Assembly: GCF_000018785.1 (NCBI RefSeq)
Contig: NC_010163.1
Span: 1,140,001-1,172,000 of the forward strand
DNA length: 32,000 nucleotides
Reading direction: 5' to 3'
From: Acholeplasma laidlawii PG-8A
Lineage (GTDB): Bacteria > Bacillota_I > Bacilli_A > Acholeplasmatales > Acholeplasmataceae
The notes below the pieces were generated by a model. It did not search any database, was not told where the DNA came from, and saw only the letters and a program-made list of their open reading frames with translations. A program made the position numbers and the translations under genes. Shown here piece after piece: positions 7,792 through 14,775 of the stretch; position 1 is the first letter of the stretch; each line of letters starts with the position of its first letter.

Positions 7792-8223
7792 TTACCTATT
7801 CATCATATATTTTTCTAATCTGTTTTTTGAATCTTCACTTAATGCTTCCGATTTTTTAGTATCATTATTTACTTGAACCAAAACAGATTCACTCGTCGAT
7901 ACTAATTTACCATCTTGATATAGTGATTGTAAAAAGGTTACAGAACTATTACCAATTTTTGTAATACCTGTACCTATTTCTAGTTTACCTGGCCAATGTA
8001 TTTCAGCAATGAAATTCATTTCGATATGTGCAATCACAAATGAGCAGTTTTCATTTAGTATGTGATGTTTAGGCTCGTAAACGATTTCAACACGACCAGT
8101 TTCATAAAAGGTGGTAAACACTGCATTGTTGACATGGCCTTGTTTATCGGTATCACCATATCTTAATTTATCGTGAGTGATATATGGAAATTCGTTTAAG
8201 TTTAGTTTTGGAATACTTCTCAT
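7792..8223 (-). CDS. Acyl-CoA thioesterase, 4HBT/YbgC-like hotdog fold
   Basis: 143 aa. N-terminal motif RYGDTDKQGHVNNAVFTTFYETGR, typical of the 4HBT-type thioesterase catalytic region. Confidence 0.7.
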   Translation of the reverse strand: MRSIPKLNLNEFPYITHDKLRYGDTDKQGHVNNAVFTTFYETGRVEIVYEPKHHILNENCSFVIAHIEMNFIAEIHWPGKLEIGTGITKIGNSSVTFLQSLYQDGKLVSTSESVLVQVNNDTKKSEALSEDSKNRLEKYMMNR

Positions 8224-8338
8224 GTTTATCTCTTTTCTATTGATTCACTATTTTTACTAGTATAAGGATATCATTTACATGAAATCATTTCAACTAATCG
8301 AAACTGACCTTAGTAAAATAAGATAAATTATGTTACAT

Positions 8339-8371
8339 TTAAAAAGGGAAGTTATGATGATAACTTCCCTT
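8339..8371 (-). terminator. Intrinsic terminator after the 195 aa membrane protein gene
   Basis: Stem aagggaagtta (8344-8354) / taacttccctt (8361-8371), 6 nt loop. On the minus strand it is followed by TTTTTAAA. It begins 12 nt after the stop at 8383. Confidence 0.7.
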
Positions 8372-8382
8372 TAGACTTTAAT

Positions 8383-8970
8383 TTATGGTATAAAATTATC
8401 TTGATTTTTGGCACTAATGACTTTAAATATAAAACCAAGTAGGATTGGAACAATCATGTTCACCCAAAGCAACATATGAAGACCAATACCTGGATATGGA
8501 AGTTCATATATCTCACCAGATAATCTAAAACGCATCGCTTCAATCAGATTAAATACAATAATTAATAAAATTAGTACGAGCGCAATGTATACATAATTGA
8601 ACTTCTTCATATACTTGTATGCGATAGCTTTTGTGATTTCACCTTGACTGATAAATGTATATATAAGCAGTGATAAGGTAATGATCGTGATGATAAAAAT
8701 TGCTGTAATACATAATGCAATGATTGGTCCTTCTTCAAATGATGTATTAAACCAAGTTATGACGAGATACCCTGTATCACTTGATGACATACCACCTTCA
8801 AAATCTACAAATGGTAAGAAAAATATAAACAGATTTACAATCATTAATCCCATAAATATGTATGCTACCATTTTAAATGACTGATGATCGATAGGTGCTG
8901 CATATTTAATTTTTTCAGTTTTAGTGATGTCTTTTAAGTCTTCTTTTGCTAGTTCTTTTAATTTATGCAT
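8383..8970 (-). CDS. Hypothetical integral membrane protein (about 4 TM helices)
   Basis: 195 aa: a charged N-terminus followed by four hydrophobic segments. AAGGGGA RBS. I recognise no family. Confidence 0.5.
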   Translation of the reverse strand: MHKLKELAKEDLKDITKTEKIKYAAPIDHQSFKMVAYIFMGLMIVNLFIFFLPFVDFEGGMSSSDTGYLVITWFNTSFEEGPIIALCITAIFIITIITLSLLIYTFISQGEITKAIAYKYMKKFNYVYIALVLILLIIVFNLIEAMRFRLSGEIYELPYPGIGLHMLLWVNMIVPILLGFIFKVISAKNQDNFIP

Positions 8971-9054
8971 GTTTTATTTTCCCCTTATATTGAATATGTT
9001 ACTTTAAGCCCCTTCATATTTTAACATTAATATAAACGGAAATGAAATAAATAA

Positions 9055-10059
9055 TTAAAACATAATGGATAAAACTACAAATGAAACAATTACAACAGAG
9101 ACATCAATAATAACAGCAACCATCATTGGTTTAACACCAACACTTGTTACTTCTTTAAAACTTGTTTTTAAACCAATGGCACCAAGTGCGGTTGCCATAA
9201 AAAATTTAGAGATACTTGAAATAGATAAGACCCAATCATCTGATAATATATTTAAACTTCTAACACCAATAAATGCGATAAATCCTAAAATAAACCATGG
9301 AAAAATTGCTAATATGTTTACTTTTTGATTTATCTTTGAAACACCTTGATTTTGATTTTTACGTGCATAAATATATGAGAATATAATAACGATTGGAACA
9401 ATAAATAAAGTTCTTGTGAGTTTCACAATCGTTGCTAGTGCACCTGCAAGTTCTGAGAATGCATAACCAGCTGCAACAACTGAAGATGTATCATTTACCG
9501 CAGTACCTACCCAAAGCCCAAATGTTGTATCTGTCATGCCAAGAAATACACCAATCCAAGGAAATACAATCACAGTAAGTAAATCAAAGATAAAAGTTGC
9601 TGATAATGCATAAGCAATATCTTTATTATCTGCTTCAATGACCGGACCTAAAGTAGCAACCGCAGTACCTCCGCAAATGGCTGTACTAATGGATAGCATG
9701 CTTGTTAGTTTCCAGTCAATCTTAAATAATTTTCTACAAATATAGCCTACACCAAATGCAGTAAGAAAAGTAAATCCTAATAGTATCAGTGCATATTTTC
9801 CTGCTTCAAATACTTGGCTAAAACTTAAGGATATACCTGCTAAAATAATACCTGTTCTTAAAATATATTTAGCGGACCAATCAATACCTGAATCTAGTAC
9901 ATCATACTTATGTAACAATGGATTTAATAACATCCCTAATAATAAAGCAATTAATGCCATACCAATTAAATCTACTGGTAACACATTGTTGATAGCAAGT
10001 GATACACCTGCAATCATAAGACTAACCAAAACCCCTGGTGCATATTTTTTAATCATCAT
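9055..10059 (-). CDS. YeiH/UPF0324 family membrane protein (putative sulfate-exporter family transporter)
   Basis: About 334 aa polytopic protein with UPF0324-like segments (RTGIILAGISLSFSQV, TAICGGTAVATLGP, GTAVNDTSSVVAAGY). The ORF-track start at 10071 (ATGAGGAGC...) itself contains a GGAG that would serve the ATG ATG at 10059/10056, so I prefer the downstream start. Confidence 0.6.
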   Translation of the reverse strand: MMIKKYAPGVLVSLMIAGVSLAINNVLPVDLIGMALIALLLGMLLNPLLHKYDVLDSGIDWSAKYILRTGIILAGISLSFSQVFEAGKYALILLGFTFLTAFGVGYICRKLFKIDWKLTSMLSISTAICGGTAVATLGPVIEADNKDIAYALSATFIFDLLTVIVFPWIGVFLGMTDTTFGLWVGTAVNDTSSVVAAGYAFSELAGALATIVKLTRTLFIVPIVIIFSYIYARKNQNQGVSKINQKVNILAIFPWFILGFIAFIGVRSLNILSDDWVLSISSISKFFMATALGAIGLKTSFKEVTSVGVKPMMVAVIIDVSVVIVSFVVLSIMF

Positions 10060-10082
10060 GACGCTCCTCATCTTGTCATAAA

Positions 10083-10125
10083 ATAAAAACCCCTATGACG
10101 CATAAAATCGTCACGAAGTTTTTAT
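10083..10125 (-). terminator. Terminator-like hairpin between the lipoprotein gene and the YeiH-family gene
   Basis: Minus-strand sense: CTTCGTGACG-attttatg-CGTCATAGGGG, followed by TTTTTATTTT. An alternative outer stem is ataaaaac/gtttttat. It ends about 20 nt before the YeiH-family RBS. Confidence 0.45.
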
Positions 10126-10193
10126 CTTTGTCATATTTAGTTAACTCTATTTTAACAAATAAAAATAAATAGTGTTAAGAAACTATAAATCAT

Positions 10194-11333
10194 TTAGATT
10201 GTCTCAGATTTTACAATAATATAGGTATATTGACGCCATACTTTTAAGACTTGTTCCATCGGATATTTTCTTTCAACTTTACTATCTTCATATTCTGCAG
10301 GATCATTGAAGACACCATGCCATACACCATTGATTTCTTCAAATCCTTTTAAGACAACCAAATGTCCTGCAGGAAATGCCATGATAGCTCCGTTTAGTTG
10401 ATCTGCTGATGTTGTTGAAATTGAAAAAACAACTGGTATATCATTTAATATATAGTCTATAACAACACTAAAGTCTTCAATATACTCAACTCTTGCAGCT
10501 ATACCATCTAGTGATCCTGCATAACTTGCATTAAAGGTCCAGTTGCCATAGATCCCTTTGCTATTGTCATATACTTTTTTAGCCATCTCTTGTTGTGTAA
10601 ATGTATAACCATAATGATTTAACACCATAGCAACCGAGGTTGGAGAACAAATAACATTACCAATGTTTGGAATACTTAATTGTTGCATCGGTGCAACATC
10701 AATGACTTTATTGGTTAGTTTTGATGCATCATAAGTTAATGCACTATCTACGCTTTTGGTTGTAACACTGATATTTTTAATTTCTAACTGGTCTGCACTA
10801 CCTGCAATAACGGTAAATTTAAGTTTAATATAATTATTTTTACTTGGATCTTTATTAATTAAAGTATCAATACTTACACGACCATAAGGATCATCTAAAC
10901 TATTAAATGACATATGGTTTTCATCTTTAAATAAGCCCATGATTTGGTAACTACCAAAATCAGTACCATCACCTAATGCAATAAAGAAAGTAATTCTTGC
11001 ATCTTCTAGGTTTTTAACATTCCATGATAAAACCAATTCATTAAAGTGATTCACTTCAATCGGTTCACTTTCATAAGTAGCTTGTTGGGCTGCATCCTCT
11101 AGTACGATACTTTTGTTTGAATCAAGTGATAAATTAATTATGGCAGCCTCTTCTTTTACATACCATAATTCATCTGCATAAATCGTCTTAGTACCATCTA
11201 CTTTGACTTCAATAGGTTCTTCTATAACAGGTTCGTCGGTGATTTCTTCATCTGTATTAGAATCACCTAGACTACATGCAGTAAGTAAACTTGATAATAA
11301 TATAGTAAGTATGGTTATTACATAACGTTTCAT
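10194..11333 (-). CDS. Lipoprotein with C-terminal peptidase C39-like (papain-fold cysteine peptidase) domain
   Basis: Signal peptide plus lipobox (LLSSLLTAC). Catalytic-type motifs ICSPTSVAMVLNHYG (Cys) and AGHLVVLKGF (His), followed by FNDP. The N-terminal half (about 190 aa) is unassigned. AAGGAG RBS. Confidence 0.6.
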   Translation of the reverse strand: MKRYVITILTILLSSLLTACSLGDSNTDEEITDEPVIEEPIEVKVDGTKTIYADELWYVKEEAAIINLSLDSNKSIVLEDAAQQATYESEPIEVNHFNELVLSWNVKNLEDARITFFIALGDGTDFGSYQIMGLFKDENHMSFNSLDDPYGRVSIDTLINKDPSKNNYIKLKFTVIAGSADQLEIKNISVTTKSVDSALTYDASKLTNKVIDVAPMQQLSIPNIGNVICSPTSVAMVLNHYGYTFTQQEMAKKVYDNSKGIYGNWTFNASYAGSLDGIAARVEYIEDFSVVIDYILNDIPVVFSISTTSADQLNGAIMAFPAGHLVVLKGFEEINGVWHGVFNDPAEYEDSKVERKYPMEQVLKVWRQYTYIIVKSETI

Positions 11334-11377
11334 AGTTTTAAACTCCTTAGGGTATAGAACTCATAAATTATATACTT

Positions 11378-11404
11378 ATTATAACATCATATGAAATCTA
11401 TCAA
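11378..11404 (-). promoter_or_regulatory. Possible promoter of the C39-like lipoprotein gene
   Basis: Minus-strand sense: TTGATA (11404-11399), 15 nt spacer, TGtTATAAT extended -10 (11386-11378). It lies just downstream of the operon terminator. Confidence 0.35.
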
Positions 11405-11437
11405 AAATATAAGCGTATCTAGTAAATTAGATACGCT
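11401..11437 (-). terminator. Intrinsic terminator closing the giant-protein/McrB-like operon
   Basis: Perfect 10 bp stem agcgtatcta (11412-11421) / tagatacgct (11428-11437), 6 nt loop. On the minus strand it is followed by TATATTTTTGA. It begins 5 nt after the stop at 11443. It is the only terminator I can find downstream of position 32000 on this strand. Confidence 0.65.
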
Positions 11438-11442
11438 CATTT

Positions 11443-13272
11443 TTATTTTTTATTTTTATAATCCGTTAATGTTTTTGTAACATTTGATTTGATACTTTGT
11501 TTAAGTTTTTGATGTGCTTCTTTTAACTTCTTTAATTTAAGTTGTTTTTCTTTTACCAACTTTTCACGTTCTTGCTTTCTCTTAAGCGCTTCACGTTCTT
11601 TAATACGTAGTTTTTCTTGTGTCAGTTTTAGTGCTATCTTTTCTTTTTCAGCTTTCATGCGCTTATTTTGAATTTCTCTATACGTTTTAATCTCAGCTTG
11701 ATACTTATCTTGTATATCTTTAATCGCTTTATTATTTTTAATTCTTTGATCTTGTAATGCTTTTTTACTTTTTGAAGTTTCTGCTTTTTCAAGTGCTTTT
11801 AAAGTCTTATTCACTTCTTTTTGCATGTTTTGGATGAGTGTTTCATCATGCTTTTCACCAGATTTAATGATGCTTTCAATAGCATCTTCTTGGAGTTCAG
11901 TAAGTAAGTTAATCCATTTATCTTCTAGTAATACAGCATCTGTAAAAAGTTTTTCTTTAACTTGTCTCGCAGCCTTCGTCATGAGGTATCTGTTTAATGC
12001 TTCCTCATACTTTTTAACAGGATGCTTGTAGGTAAGTAGTTGACTAAATACATCATCATCTTGATTAAGTTTTAAGTAAGCATTAAAGATTTGGTCTGCA
12101 ATTGAATATTGATCCAGCAACACTTGTTTTAAATAGTTCGTGTTTTCTGGATTATTATCAATTACTAGATTAGCAAGTTCTTTTCTACTCATCAGTTGTT
12201 TTGCTTTTTCTAAATGATACTCTGTAGCAAGATTAGCTTCTAATACCATTTCAGGTATCGTTACATTCACACGTTCTACATAGGTTTCTGCATCACCTTT
12301 TATAGGTGTAAGGGACTGGAATGATACATCCTTGCTGTCAAGTAAGGAAATCCCCATATCACTATGTACAAATACACTTGTAAAGAGTGCCATTAAACCT
12401 TTATCAATATCATCAATCGAGGTGTCACTTAATGCTTTACTAGCTTCTTGAAGTTGTAGTGTAAAATCTAATACATTTAATCTATCTAAATAAAGCCATA
12501 GGGTATATGCATTTCTAAAGTCAGCATTTTTTTGAATCATTTGTGTTTTTAATATCGGTGGAACTACTTTTTTATAGCGTGACATGATGCGCATAAAGTC
12601 ACTGTGAAACATTCTAGATACCACTTTAAATGCAGCCTCAGTTCTCTCCAGTATACGTTTATTATGTAAATCAACTTCACCTGAATCAAATGTTTCTTTA
12701 GCATTTAACTCAAAATTTAAAGTATAGACAGAGTTACCTAATTTAAACTCGTTTTCTAGGTTAAAATTGGTTTGTTTATATCCATGGATATGGGTGTGAA
12801 TTGCTTCAATACGTTTAAGTAGATAGTGGTATAAACGATCAATTAACGTCATAATTAGTCTATTTTCATAAATACCGTAATCAAGTTCACTCACGGTATT
12901 TAATACTTTAGAAGGATATACTTCATCATCTTCATTAATATCTTTAATGTACTTAGTATTTCTTAGTATATGTCTTACAGATTCATTACTGGTACGTCTT
13001 GTACGTTCTACTGGAAGTATTTCTTCCTCATATTTAAGAGTATTTCTAATGTTACTAATAATTTGGTTTAGACTTGGGAAAAAAGATTCGATTTTAACAA
13101 TCCAATCTTCATCAAACTTTTTATATTCTAACTTATCTAAATGTTTAATTAAATCCTTATCTTGAATCGATAATGGTTTAAGAATTTGAGGATAGTATCC
13201 TGTATCATAAACAATATCTATACTTTTAGATAGTTCTTCTTGAAAGAATTTAATACGTTCTTTATTATTCAT
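11443..13272 (-). CDS. McrC-like partner protein (N-terminal McrC/DUF2357-like region, no clear PD-(D/E)xK motif, C-terminal K/E-rich helix)
   Basis: 609 aa. The segment SELDYGIYENRLIMTLIDRLYHYLLKRI resembles the E. coli McrC segment NEDTLANRIIKSTLAILIKH (from memory). The gene sits 9 nt after the McrB-like gene, preceded by GGTGAG. The last ~150 aa are extremely K/E/Q-rich (KEREALKRKQEREKLVKEKQLKLKKLKEAHQKLKQ). Confidence 0.4.
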   Translation of the reverse strand: MNNKERIKFFQEELSKSIDIVYDTGYYPQILKPLSIQDKDLIKHLDKLEYKKFDEDWIVKIESFFPSLNQIISNIRNTLKYEEEILPVERTRRTSNESVRHILRNTKYIKDINEDDEVYPSKVLNTVSELDYGIYENRLIMTLIDRLYHYLLKRIEAIHTHIHGYKQTNFNLENEFKLGNSVYTLNFELNAKETFDSGEVDLHNKRILERTEAAFKVVSRMFHSDFMRIMSRYKKVVPPILKTQMIQKNADFRNAYTLWLYLDRLNVLDFTLQLQEASKALSDTSIDDIDKGLMALFTSVFVHSDMGISLLDSKDVSFQSLTPIKGDAETYVERVNVTIPEMVLEANLATEYHLEKAKQLMSRKELANLVIDNNPENTNYLKQVLLDQYSIADQIFNAYLKLNQDDDVFSQLLTYKHPVKKYEEALNRYLMTKAARQVKEKLFTDAVLLEDKWINLLTELQEDAIESIIKSGEKHDETLIQNMQKEVNKTLKALEKAETSKSKKALQDQRIKNNKAIKDIQDKYQAEIKTYREIQNKRMKAEKEKIALKLTQEKLRIKEREALKRKQEREKLVKEKQLKLKKLKEAHQKLKQSIKSNVTKTLTDYKNKK

Positions 13273-13281
13273 GACTCACCA

Positions 13282-14775
13282 CTATATTTGTTTAATAAAC
13301 TTTAAAATCATGTCTTTAGATTCTTTAAGTTGATTCTTACCAAAGAGTTGATCAAATAATTGTAGTAACGTTTCGAGTTCATTTTTTAAGAATGGTAAGT
13401 TTAATGTTTCAAATTTACGAATAATCTTACGTGCAATAATATAGTCAATCCCTTCAATTTCACTGCGGCCACATGCCACGTAAATTGGAATAAATTTATA
13501 GAGCTGGTTCATAATACGATTACCAAATGTAATTTGGAATGTTTCACTAATAAACTCATCTAACTTTTCTAACGCTACTAGGTTCTTATTTGATATCTCA
13601 TGCTCTTTATAAGCTGTTTTAAATAGTTCATCTAAATAGTCATAAGAGATATTTATTCTATCTAACATTTGACCTTTAAATGGTTTAGCTTTTTCGTTCA
13701 TGACAATAGAACTTGCTCTATCATATACCTTATCTGTAATACCAAATGTGGAGTCATCATTATTTGCAGTACCAATAAACCAAACGTTTTTAGGTATTTG
13801 AAGTTGTCCTTCTTTTAAGTGCATTGGATCACCAATTAACTGTTCAGGGACTACTTCAATTAACCACTCATCACTGTTTGGTAGTTCTAGTAAGGATAAG
13901 AAGTCAGCAAAGTAATATTCTACTCTAGCTAAATTCATTTCATCTAGAACAATTAAATTAATATCTGTTCTATAACTTGCATCATATAGACTTGTTAAAA
14001 ACTCAGTTTCATTAAACTTTTTAGTAAACTCATTGTAGTAGCCCATCATTTCAAAACGGTCACGCCAAGAAGGTTGGACTGAAATAATAGATGCATCATT
14101 TTTAATAAACTTACCAAATACATAAGGTAGACTGGTTTTACCTGTACCTGAAATACCTTCTAGGATTAGTATTTTAGACGTTGCTAGACCTGCAATAAAT
14201 GTAGATGCTATCTTTTCTGAATAATAGATATTATGGTGTGAGCTTGCATAGTTGATAAAGTGTGTAACAATCTCACTTAAAGATAATTTGTCCTTATTAG
14301 TCATAAGGGTTGGTAAGACTGTGTATTTATATTTATCATCTATTAAGTTTAATTTTGTAAAGCGTGATCCTGTTGCAAGTTTTGGTTTACCTTTAGAATC
14401 ATTTAAGTTGAGCTTTGGTCCTTCAACATGAATAACTGTTGCATCACGCACTTTTCTTTCTAACATATTCATCTGGTTTAGTAAGGTCATCTTATCAAAC
14501 TCAATTTTAGCAAATCTAAAATATCGTTTAACAAGTTGTACAATAATTAACCAGGTCATGACGTATAAGAGTATAAATATAATGATAAAACCTATCGATA
14601 AAATCCAATCGATCAAATTAAAATTGATGGATTTATCCATTAAATAGTGATAATACTCTATCGGGTAACCAATAAATAAATTATAGATACCAGTGAAAAA
14701 GCCACTGATTAAATACCACAGATCGAGGAAGAATGTTTTAAAAAACTCTACTACCCAATTTGAAAAATGATCCAT
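13282..14775 (-). CDS. Membrane-anchored McrB-family AAA+ (AAA_5) GTPase
   Basis: 497 aa. Two N-terminal TM helices (LDLWYLISGFFTGIYNLFIGY; IDWILSIGFIIIFILLYVMTWLIIVQLV). Walker A LILEGISGTGKTS (14131-14157). McrB-type segment ISVQPSWRDRFEMMGYYNEF. Walker B LIVLDEMNLA (13927-13956). FIGTANNDDS (13750-13779) is the equivalent of McrB MNTADRS, with its NxxD. Its ATG overlaps the upstream stop (TAATG). Confidence 0.75.
   Translation of the reverse strand: MDHFSNWVVEFFKTFFLDLWYLISGFFTGIYNLFIGYPIEYYHYLMDKSINFNLIDWILSIGFIIIFILLYVMTWLIIVQLVKRYFRFAKIEFDKMTLLNQMNMLERKVRDATVIHVEGPKLNLNDSKGKPKLATGSRFTKLNLIDDKYKYTVLPTLMTNKDKLSLSEIVTHFINYASSHHNIYYSEKIASTFIAGLATSKILILEGISGTGKTSLPYVFGKFIKNDASIISVQPSWRDRFEMMGYYNEFTKKFNETEFLTSLYDASYRTDINLIVLDEMNLARVEYYFADFLSLLELPNSDEWLIEVVPEQLIGDPMHLKEGQLQIPKNVWFIGTANNDDSTFGITDKVYDRASSIVMNEKAKPFKGQMLDRINISYDYLDELFKTAYKEHEISNKNLVALEKLDEFISETFQITFGNRIMNQLYKFIPIYVACGRSEIEGIDYIIARKIIRKFETLNLPFLKNELETLLQLFDQLFGKNQLKESKDMILKFIKQI

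Noticed and set aside
8280-8292. Palindrome TGAAATCATTTCA upstream of the thioesterase gene: a possible operator
   Set aside because: Six-bp AT-rich arms are common by chance in this composition. There is no second copy in the window and no obvious cognate regulator.
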